From positions 750,001-782,000 of the forward strand of contig NC_017080.1 of assembly GCF_000284115.1 (NCBI RefSeq): a stretch of 32,000 bases of DNA, written 5' to 3'. This DNA comes from Phycisphaera mikurensis NBRC 102666. Lineage in GTDB: Bacteria; Planctomycetota; Phycisphaerae; Phycisphaerales; Phycisphaeraceae. A program made the position numbers and the translations under genes. The notes under the pieces are model-generated. The model was not told the origin of the DNA and ran no database searches. It saw only the letters and a list, made by a program, of their open reading frames with translations. Of this stretch, positions 18,723 through 26,298 are shown piece by piece; position 1 is the stretch's first letter; each line of letters begins with the position of its first letter.

Positions 18723-21700
18723 CTTTTCCGCTCCGCCCGCGTGGAGCGGGCGACTGGTCCACCATGAGCGGGTTGCCATGGTGCAGGGTGTTTCGATCCA
18801 CGCCCGCGTGGAGCGGGCGACACGAAGCGCTGCGAGAGCTGACGGCTGGCCAGAAGTTTCGATCCACGCCCGCGTGGAGCGGGCGACTCCGTCCGGCCGC
18901 ACCTCCTCCGGCATCGAAGCGTTTCGATCCACGCCCGCGTGGAGCGGGCGACCCGCCGCCGCCGCAAGCGACCCGCTGCCTGCAGGTTTCGATCCACGCC
19001 CGCGTGGAGCGGGCGACGGCCTTGTCGACGCCGATCGTCTTGTGCTCGCTGTTTCGATCCACGCCCGCGTGGAGCGGGCGACGGCAGGGTCCGCCGCGGA
19101 AGGACCTCGACCCGGCGTTTCGATCCACGCCCGCGTGGAGCGGGCGACGCTGCTGCCGCCGCCGGTGCTGGCCCCGGTGCTGGCGTTTCGATCCACGCCC
19201 GCGTGGAGCGGGCGACCGGGGATCATGTCGATCAGCGGCGCGATAACCGGTTTCGATCCACGCCCGCGTGGAGCGGGCGACACGTCTACGTGGAGCGTTG
19301 CCCGCGAGGCTTTGCGTTTCGATCCACGCCCGCGTGGAGCGGGCGACCGGAATCCCGCTTCTCTTTGTCGCGTTGCTTATGTTTCGATCCACGCCCGCGT
19401 GGAGCGGGCGACTTGAGCAACGGGAAGCGCTCTTGCATCCGTGAGTGTTTCGATCCACGCCCGCGTGGAGCGGGCGACCGGTCGATCTTGATGCTGTGCA
19501 TCGGGGGCTCCTGTTTCGATCCACGCCCGCGTGGAGCGGGCGACGGAAGCCGGCGTCCGCCTCGACCTCGAAACAGTTGTTTCGATCCACGCCCGCGTGG
19601 AGCGGGCGACGTTCGAGGCGGTCGAGGCGTTTCTCTCGGAGATCGTTTCGATCTACGCCCGCGTGGAGCGGGCGACGGCAGCCAAGAAACCGGGTCGTAG
19701 GTGAGGGTCGCGTTTCGATCCACGCCCGCGTGGAGCGGGCGACCCTCAGTACCAGGCACCATCGGCCGGCTCAGACTGTTTCGATCCACGCCCGCGTGGA
19801 GCGGGCGACCTCGGATCGCGTCGAAGTCCTTGCGCGAGTCGATGTTTCGATCCACGCCCGCGTGGAGCGGGCGACCGCGGTCCACGCCGCTCGCCGCGAG
19901 CGCCTTCGTGTTTCGATCCACGCCCGCGTGGAGCGGGCGACCAACTCCGGGAAGCGTCGTTTGACTACGTACCCGTTTCGATCCACGCCCGCGTGGAGCG
20001 GGCGACGCGGCGGCGCCGAGTGCCGACCCGGCCGGCGTCGTTTCGATCCACGCCCGCGTGGAGCGGGCGACCGGTCGATGTGAGGAGAAGAAGGGGCTGG
20101 AGCGGTTTCGATCCACGCCCGCGTGGAGCGGGCGACCACCAGCGGCGGTCTAGGGACCCGAGACGCCGAGTTTCGATCCACGCCCGCGTGGAGCGGGCGA
20201 CGGGGGGTGCGACCGACCCGCGGTCGATGTGAGGAGTTTCGATCCACGCCCGCGTGGAGCGGGCGACCCCCGTGGATCGTCCGCGTCTCGGCGTTCACCG
20301 AGTTTCGATCCACGCCCGCGTGGAGCGGGCGAAGAACATCGTGATCCCGTCGACCACCCGCGACGGGTTTCGATCCACGCCCGCGTGGAGCGGGCGACCC
20401 TCGGGGATCGTCGCCGCCGCGTCCGTCGTGGTGTTTCGATCCACGCCCGCGTGGAGCGGGCGACGCTCATCAGCTTGAGCTGCGCGAACTCCATCTCGTT
20501 GTTTCGATCCACGCCCGCGTGGAGCGGGCGACGCCCCAGCGGCCGCCACCAAGTGTCGCCCCAGGCGTTTCGATCCACGCCCGCGTGGAGCGGGCGACCT
20601 GCTCACCCCCGCGGCGGAACGCTCCGCGGATGTTTCGATCCACGCCCGCGTGGAGCGGGCGACGTGGGCAGGTACGTCGGCGTCTCGCCCGGGCGGGCGT
20701 TTCGATCCACGCCCGCGTGGAGCGGGCGACCAGGGCGTGGGCGCCGGCCATGTCGTCGGCGATGTTTCGATCCACGCCCGCGTGGAGCGGGCGACGAGCT
20801 GCTGGGGCGGCCTCTGCGGTCGGTGGCCGAGTTTCGATCCACGCCCGCGTGGAGCGGGCGACATCAGACCGTCGGCGAGGTGCTCGCCCCCCAGCTGGTT
20901 TCGATCCACGCCCGCGTGGAGCGGGCGACCCGAGGCGCCGGTCGAGTTCGGCGGTCCAGACGGTTTCGATCCACGCCCGCGTGGAGCGGGCGACCCCCAG
21001 GGGCCGCGGCTGGGCGTGTTCACGCGGTGGTTTCGATCCACGCCCGCGTGGAGCGGGCGACGGATGCCGGGCAGGTCGCCGCCGCCGGGCTCGGTGTTTC
21101 GATCCACGCCCGCGTGGAGCGGGCGACCTGCTCACCCCCGCGGCGGAACGCCCCGCGGATGTTTCGATCCACGCCCGCGTGGAGCGGGCGACCGAACTCG
21201 AACGCCGCCGACTCGTCCGCGCTCGTGTTTCGATCCACGCCCGCGTGGAGCGGGCGACCCGTGCGGGTGCGGGGGGAGGGCGTGACGTCAGAGTTTCGAT
21301 CCACGCCCGCGTGGAGCGGGCGACCCCCGCCCGCGGCTCCAACGGTCGCCGGCGGCTTGTTTCGATCCACGCCCGCGTGGAGCGGGCGACGCGTCTGCGG
21401 GAGGTGCGGCCCGGCGGGCCGCTGTTTCGATCCACGCCCGCGTGGAGCGGGCGACCACGCGTGGGAGATGCGTGAGCGCGAGGTTGACGGTTTCGATCCA
21501 CGCCCGCGTGGAGCGGGCGACCCCGCCCCGGACCGGCCATGAGCCCCGGGGTTGGGTTTCGATCCACGCCCGCGTGGAGCGGGCGACCTCCCGGACCAGC
21601 TGGAGCACGGAACCAGCATCGTGTTTCGATCCACGCCCGCGTGGAGCGGGCGACGGGCCGAGCGCTGGTGGACCACGATCTACAGGGCGTTTCGATCCAC

Positions 21701-22772
21701 GCCCGCGTGGAGCGGGCGACCCGGCCCAAGGGCCAGTGAGCGGGGGACCGCTTGTTTCGATCCACGCCCGCGTGGAGCGGGCGACGGCCCGGATGGGCGA
21801 CTTCCTGCCCCGCCTGCGGTTTCGATCCACGCCCGCGTGGAGCGGGCGACGCCACGGTCCGCGGAACCGGCCGATCGGTGGACATGTTTCGATCCACGCC
21901 CGCGTGGAGCGGGCGACCCCCGCCCGCGGCTACACCGGTCGCCGGCGGCTTGTTTCGATCCACGCCCGCGTGGAGCGGGCGACCAGTACCAGGCACCATC
22001 GGCCGGCTCAGAGACTGTTTCGATCCACGCCCGCGTGGAGCGGGCGACGGGGGCCACGATGGCGCCGGAGCGCCGGAGAGAGTTTCGATCCACGCCCGCG
22101 TGGAGCGGGCGACCCGGGCGCGTAACTGGATCCGTCGCGGAAAACGTTTCGATCCACGCCCGCGTGGAGCGGGCGACAGACCAACCCGTAGTCGCTCGCG
22201 GCCTCGCTGGAGTTTCGATCCACGCCCGCGTGGAGCGGGCGACGCCCATGCGTCCAGGTCGTCGTCGTCCGGGACCGGTTTCGATCCACGCCCGCGTGGA
22301 GCGGGCGACGAGGGGCCATCGTCTTCCGCGCCGCCATCGTCAGTTTCGATCCACGCCCGCGTGGAGCGGGCGACCCTCTTGCTCTCGACAAGGCTCTCGA
22401 CGCCGCCGAGTTTCGATCCACGCCCGCGTGGAGCGGGCGACGTGATCGCGTGCCATTCCTCGCTCAACCTGCGGGTTTCGATCCACGCCCGCGTGGAGCG
22501 GGCGACGGCTGTAGGTGCATCCCACCGCCCACGCCGACGCGTTTCGATCCACGCCCGCGTGGAGCGGGCGACGCGCATCTCGTACCAGTCGCCGTTCGTC
22601 ACCCCGAAGTTTCGATCCACGCCCGCGTGGAGCGGGCGACGGTATGCGACCTTCCGGCCGCCGCGTGCCGGACAGTTTCGATCCACGCCCGCGTGGAGCG
22701 GGCGACAGACCAACCCGTAGTCGCTCGCGGCCTCGCTGGAGTTTCGATCCACGCCCGCGTGGAGCGGGCGAC
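18723..22772 (-). CRISPR. Type I-C CRISPR array, 62 repeats / 61 spacers
   Basis: - **Repeat:** the 32-nt repeat is GTTTCGATCCACGCCCGCGTGGAGCGGGCGAC on plus. On minus it reads GTCGCCCGCTCCACGCGGGCGTGGATCGAAAC, with a 7-bp hairpin and an 11-nt TGGATCGAAAC handle. The ...ATCGAAAC end is typical of I-C.
- **Spacers:** 32-36 nt, hand-enumerated.
- **Polarity:** the repeat at 18723-18754 is degenerate (7 mismatches), marking the leader-distal end. The leader and cas2 abut the 22772 end. Confidence 0.97.
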
Positions 22773-22972
22773 GGCTCCATCCTAAGCGGTGGCTCAGGCG
22801 GAGTTTGAGGACGCGTTTCCGCGAACCTCGGTGCCCGCGCGGCCGGAGTCGAGCCGGCGGCGGGGGCGAGGGGACTCTTTGGCTGTCAGAGAGCGGCTCA
22901 GGGGGCTTCGCGAACCCACCCGGGTGCGGGTGCGCGCTGCGGGTTCGCGGAGGGAGGGGGCGGGCCTCGGAA
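22773..22972 (-). promoter_or_regulatory. CRISPR leader (cas2 stop to first repeat)
   Basis: 200 bp of non-coding sequence between cas2 and the intact, leader-proximal repeat R61. It contains a 9-bp inverted repeat, CGCGAACCC (22909-22917) / GGGTTCGCG (22941-22949). No clear -35/-10 was found by eye. Confidence 0.6.
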
Positions 22973-23263
22973 TCAGACGATGAGGGGGCCGTTGAGGTCG
23001 ACGGCGGCCTTGGCGCCGACGTGCTCGACGCGGCGCTGCCAGTTGGCGCCGAGAAAGTAGTAGCGGAGGCTGTCGACTTTCGGGTCGATGATCTTCTCCA
23101 ACCGATCCTTCAGCTCCACCCACTCGGAGGGGTCGACTTCGCACTCGAAGACCGAGTACTGCACGCGCTGGCCGCGGTTCAGGCAGCACTTGGCGACGCG
23201 GCGGAGGCGGCGGACGCCGGCCCTCGTGCTCGTCGCCACGTCGTAGGTCACGAGCACCATCAT
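22973..23263 (-). CDS. cas2: CRISPR-associated endoribonuclease Cas2
   Basis: The C-terminal 96 aa of track ORF 22973..24175: MMVLVTYDVATSTRAGVRRLRRVAKCCLNRGQRVQYSVFECEV... This is the canonical Cas2 ferredoxin-fold start. Confidence 0.92.
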   Translation of the reverse strand: MMVLVTYDVATSTRAGVRRLRRVAKCCLNRGQRVQYSVFECEVDPSEWVELKDRLEKIIDPKVDSLRYYFLGANWQRRVEHVGAKAAVDLNGPLIV

Positions 23264-23301
23264 GGTCTGCGTCCGGGTTGGGGCAAGCGGCGGGCTCCGG
23301 T

Positions 23302-24351
23302 TCAGCGCCAGAGGAAGTCGGGGTAGGCGTCGTGGTCGCCGCGGAGGTGCCGGGCGAGCAGGCGGGCCTGGACGTGGGGCACGAGGCCCAGCTCGATCTT
23401 CTCGCCGATGAACGGGTGCATCAACTCGTCCCGCTTCCGCTCCTGGTAGGCGGTGAGCGCGGTGCGCCGGCCGGCCTCGGTGAGGAAGACGGCGCCCGAG
23501 GCGTGCGGCTCGAAGGAGCCGGCTTTGACCTGGCCGCGGTTGATGAGCGACAGCGTCAGCCGGTCGGCGAGCACGGGCCGCAGCGACTCCATCAGGTCCA
23601 GCGCGAGCGACGGCCGGCCGGGGCGGTCGCGGTGCAGGAAGCCGACGGCGGCGTCGAGCCCGGCGGCTTCGCAGGCGGAGCGGCAGTCGTGGGCGAGCAG
23701 CGTGTAGAGGAAGGACAGCAGGGCGTTGGTGCGGTTCAGCGGCGGGCGGCGGGAGCGCTTCTCGAAGCGGAAGGCGTCGCCGCCGGCCCGGATCAGGCCG
23801 TCGAAGGCGCGGAAGTAGGAGGCGCCGCTCTCGCCCTCGACGCCGCGGAGCCGGTCGAGCGAGGTGGCGGTCATGGCGAGGCGGGCGTCGTCGGCCATCC
23901 GCTGCGCGGTGGCCGCGGGGTCGGTCGGCCGCCCGGCGTCGGGCGTCGGATCTGCGGACGGGTGGTCGCGGGCGGCCCGCAGCAGCACGGTCCGCGTGTT
24001 GGCGATTTTGGCGGCGACGATCGGCCGGGCGATGAGCAGCGACGCTTCCTCCGAGTCCGCCCGCCGGTACTGCTCCCGCCGCAGCAGCACGTTCCCGGGG
24101 CTGAAGCCCTGGACCGCGGCGAGGAAGCGGCCGCGGCGGTCGAGCATGGAGAAGCGGACGCCGGCTCTCGCGCACGCCCCTTGCAGGAAGGGGCTGGCGG
24201 AGACCTGGCCGAAGGTCACGACGCCGTCGAGCTGGTGCAGCGGCACGCGGAGCGCGGTCTTCTTCTCGATGCGGACGACCACGGCGTCGCCCTCTTTGCG
24301 GAGGTACGCCCCCTGGGTCTGCACGAACAGCGTATTCAGGAGGCGCTTCAC
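23302..24351 (-). CDS. cas1: CRISPR-associated integrase Cas1 (type I-C)
   Basis: 349 aa from GTG 24351 ([26 protein letters not shown]...). Cas1 motifs are present ([11 protein letters not shown], [23 protein letters not shown]). The GTG overlaps the cas4 stop (GTGA). Confidence 0.92.
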   Translation of the reverse strand: MKRLLNTLFVQTQGAYLRKEGDAVVVRIEKKTALRVPLHQLDGVVTFGQVSASPFLQGACARAGVRFSMLDRRGRFLAAVQGFSPGNVLLRREQYRRADSEEASLLIARPIVAAKIANTRTVLLRAARDHPSADPTPDAGRPTDPAATAQRMADDARLAMTATSLDRLRGVEGESGASYFRAFDGLIRAGGDAFRFEKRSRRPPLNRTNALLSFLYTLLAHDCRSACEAAGLDAAVGFLHRDRPGRPSLALDLMESLRPVLADRLTLSLINRGQVKAGSFEPHASGAVFLTEAGRRTALTAYQERKRDELMHPFIGEKIELGLVPHVQARLLARHLRGDHDAYPDFLWR

Positions 24352-25052
24352 GCGGAGCCCGCCTTCAGGCTCCGGGCCAGCTCCCGGTCGAAGCGGGCGG
24401 CGGCGGAGCCGTCGCGGCCACCCTGCTTGGGCATGCACACGCGGATGAGCGAGCAGCGGTCGCACTTCGCGCTCTCGTACACCGCGGCGGGCGTGCGGCC
24501 CGATCCGAGCAGTTCGTGCAACCGGGCGGCGGTCGCGGCGGTGAGCGTGCGGAGGCGCAGATCGAAGACGACCGGCTCGCGCCGGCGAACCTTCCCGTAG
24601 AAGAGGTGGCCGGAGGCGATCTCCAGCCCGAGCATCTCCTCCAGGCACAGCGCCTGGGCGCACAGCTGCACGCGGTCGGCCTGGTGCGCCTTGGGCTTGC
24701 CCCGCTTGTACTCCACCGGGCGGACCGCCCCCGGAGCGGCAGTGGCTCCGGAACCCTCGGCGGGGTCGTCGAACTCCACCACGTCGGCCTGGCCGATGAG
24801 CCCGTGCTCGAAGGAGCGGAGCGGCAGCCCGCGGGTGGTGCGTCGGCCGGGTCCGCCGTCTCGGCCGGGCCGGTGCTCCTTGGCTGTGTCGTCGTGCGCC
24901 TTCTCGTGCAGCACGCGGCCCTCGGCGGTGAGGCGGTTCTCCTCCCACTCCTGCTCGTTGTGGATGAGCGCGCACTGGCGGGGGCAGAAGAAGAGGTGCT
25001 GGAGGGCGGAGATGGGCCGGAGGTCGGCTTCGGCGAAGGAGGTGCTTGCCAT
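24348..25052 (-). CDS. cas4: CRISPR-associated exonuclease Cas4 (RecB-like, Fe-S cluster)
   Basis: 234 aa. N-terminal Cys ([10 protein letters not shown]), a C-terminal [10 protein letters not shown] cluster, and a [11 protein letters not shown] nuclease motif. Confidence 0.9.
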   Translation of the reverse strand: MASTSFAEADLRPISALQHLFFCPRQCALIHNEQEWEENRLTAEGRVLHEKAHDDTAKEHRPGRDGGPGRRTTRGLPLRSFEHGLIGQADVVEFDDPAEGSGATAAPGAVRPVEYKRGKPKAHQADRVQLCAQALCLEEMLGLEIASGHLFYGKVRRREPVVFDLRLRTLTAATAARLHELLGSGRTPAAVYESAKCDRCSLIRVCMPKQGGRDGSAAARFDRELARSLKAGSA

Positions 25053-25070
25053 CCCGGAGTCACGCAGCTA

Positions 25071-25106
25071 CGGTAGCAGCATGCTGATACCAGCCAGTAA
25101 AGTGAA
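25071..25106 (-). promoter_or_regulatory. Predicted Cascade docking site: TTC PAM plus partial protospacer for the orphan crRNA-like element
   Basis: The minus strand reads 5'-TTC (25106-25104) then ACTTTACTGGC (25103-25093). The pseudo-spacer starts ACTTTGCTGGC, so 10/11 match with the mismatch at position 6, and 20/33 match overall. PAM and seed lie within the 17-nt spacer of a weak minus-strand promoter candidate, TTGGCT (25115-25110) / TGGTAT (25092-25087), 35 nt or more upstream of the cas4 ATG. The PAM-distal end of the site also covers a weak plus-strand candidate -10 (TACGGT, 25069-25074) and the start of the small ORF. Confidence 0.45.
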
Positions 25107-25311
25107 AGAAGCCAACGACCTTGACCCCGCTCTCCTGGGAGCCTTCCGAGAGATGGGAGTTGGAGTCGAGACCATCGTTCATGACGTGAAAGCGTCACAC
25201 ACACTGTCGGATCGGGTTGCCGCTCGGCTCGGGGGAATCCACCTCCCGGTGGACCTGCTGATTGAGAGGCTCCTCGATCTCAATTCTCGCGGCTTTCTCC
25301 GAGGTAGTTAA
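25081..25311 (+). CDS. Hypothetical 76-aa ORF antisense to the cas operon, in the cas7-cas4 gap (coding status uncertain)
   Basis: ATG 25081 to TAA 25311: MLIPASKVKEANDLDPALLGAFREMGVGVETIVHDVKASHTLSDRVAARLGGIHLPVDLLIERLLDLNSRGFLRGS. I counted GC3 at about 60%, which appears much lower than the strongly G/C-ending codons of neighbouring genes. I recognise no family. It ends 3 nt before the orphan repeat. Confidence 0.25.
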   Translation: MLIPASKVKEANDLDPALLGAFREMGVGVETIVHDVKASHTLSDRVAARLGGIHLPVDLLIERLLDLNSRGFLRGS

Positions 25312-25314
25312 GAG

Positions 25315-25372
25315 GTCGCCCGAGGGCGTGGATTGAAATACTTTGCTGGCGAGACGCAGCAAGATCCGGTCT
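25315..25372 (+). ncRNA. Orphan hairpin-shortened CRISPR repeat (25315-25339) plus spacer-like segment (25340-25372): candidate CreA/CreR-like crRNA-resembling regulator
   Basis: GTCGCCCGAGGGCGTGGATTGAAAT versus the array repeat GTCGCCCGCTCCACGCGGGCGTGGATCGAAAC. The 5' GTCGCC is shared and the stem is reduced to CGCC-CGAG-GGCG. The handle TGGATTGAAAT matches 9 of 11 positions. It lies on the strand opposite the array and cas genes. The downstream 33 nt has the PAM-flanked seed match at 25106-25071. Confidence 0.55.
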
Positions 25373-25395
25373 TCGGCATCTCGCTGGAGGCCGGC

Positions 25396-26298
25396 TTACT
25401 CGGCAACCCATCGCTCCACGCTGACGCCCTCGGGCAGGTCGGCCTCGTCGACCGTGAGCTCGAAGTCCGCGAAGCGGCGGGCGGGCTCGGCGGCGTTGGG
25501 GTCTCTCCGCTTCGCCTCCACGCGGCGGAAGAGCTGGTCAGCCCGCGCGTTGCCCAGGCGGTGCTCGTGGCGGAAGGCGATGCAGGCCCGCGGGGCCATC
25601 GTGCCGCGGGCGGCGGAGCGGTCGTGCTCGAACATCTGGTCGAGGGCACGCTTGAAGAGGTTGAGGTCGTCTTCGCTGAAGCCGGTCTGCTGGGCGAGCG
25701 GGGCGTTGACGAAGCCGTGGACGCGGTAGAGGGCGTAGGGCACGGTGAACTTGCGGCCCATGGTGCGGTTGTCACCGTCTTGAGCGGCCGACTCCTTCTC
25801 GGTGGTGACGGCGCAGCGGGTGACGGCGTGCTCGGCGGGCACGATGGGCTCCAGGCTCCGGGCGATGCCCAGCTGCACGGGGCCGCGGACCTGGCCGCAG
25901 TTGACGCCGGTGGTCATGACGGCCCCGAAGGTGCGGATGTCGTAGAAGTTCTTGCACATCCACGCGGTGAGCTCGCGGTCCTTGGCCGCCTTCTCGTCGC
26001 CCTTGTCCTTCCGCTTCTTGGCGTCGACCGAAACGTCAAGTGCCTTGTAAGCCCGCTCGTGCTGCTGGTTGAGGATCGCCTTCTCCCGCACGTAGATCTC
26101 GTGCGGCGGCTCACCCTCGTGAACCAGCTGCACGTAGTTGCGGACCTTCCGCTTGAGGCAGACGTCGGTGACGAGGCCGTGGCCGGTCTCGGGGTCGACG
26201 CGCGGCAGGTTCCCGGCGTCGGGGTCGCCGTTGGGGTTGCCGTCGGTGACGTCGAAGAAGTAGGCGAAGTCGTAGCGGTGGGCGAGGGGTTCAGGCAT
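25396..26298 (-). CDS. cas7: Type I-C Cascade backbone subunit Cas7c (Csd2)
   Basis: ATG 26298 ([55 protein letters not shown]), the highly conserved Csd2 N-terminus. The start overlaps the cas8c end by 8 nt (ATGCCTGA). Confidence 0.93.
   Translation of the reverse strand: MPEPLAHRYDFAYFFDVTDGNPNGDPDAGNLPRVDPETGHGLVTDVCLKRKVRNYVQLVHEGEPPHEIYVREKAILNQQHERAYKALDVSVDAKKRKDKGDEKAAKDRELTAWMCKNFYDIRTFGAVMTTGVNCGQVRGPVQLGIARSLEPIVPAEHAVTRCAVTTEKESAAQDGDNRTMGRKFTVPYALYRVHGFVNAPLAQQTGFSEDDLNLFKRALDQMFEHDRSAARGTMAPRACIAFRHEHRLGNARADQLFRRVEAKRRDPNAAEPARRFADFELTVDEADLPEGVSVERWVAE

Noticed and set aside
18568-22808. Dozens of track ORFs running through 18.6-22.8 kb, with recurring peptides such as FRSTPAWSGR, SIHARVERAT and PAPRGRGSK
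   Set aside because: They are translations of the 32-nt CRISPR repeat in different frames on both strands, not genes.
25231-25262. Second repeat-like stretch in the gap (GGGGGAATCCACCTCCCGGTGGACCTGCTGAT, with hairpin TCCACC-TCCC-GGTGGA at 25238-25253, followed by GATTGAGA)
   Set aside because: Only 18/32 identity to the plus-orientation repeat, and the handle is not conserved in either orientation. The spacing to 25315 (a 46-nt spacer if used as an upstream repeat) does not fit the 32-36-nt spacer size. Possibly a decayed repeat, but not supportable.
25412-25434. A 10-mer, CGCTCCACGC, identical to the repeat loop region, and an 11-mer, ACGCCCTCGGG, complementary to the orphan repeat stem. 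Both lie inside the cas7 3' coding end
   Set aside because: They lie in a conserved-looking coding sequence (…[12 protein letters not shown]). They are too far (about 72 nt) from the pseudo-spacer start to serve as a normal downstream repeat. A chance match in GC-rich sequence is plausible. Long-range pairing with the orphan repeat cannot be excluded.
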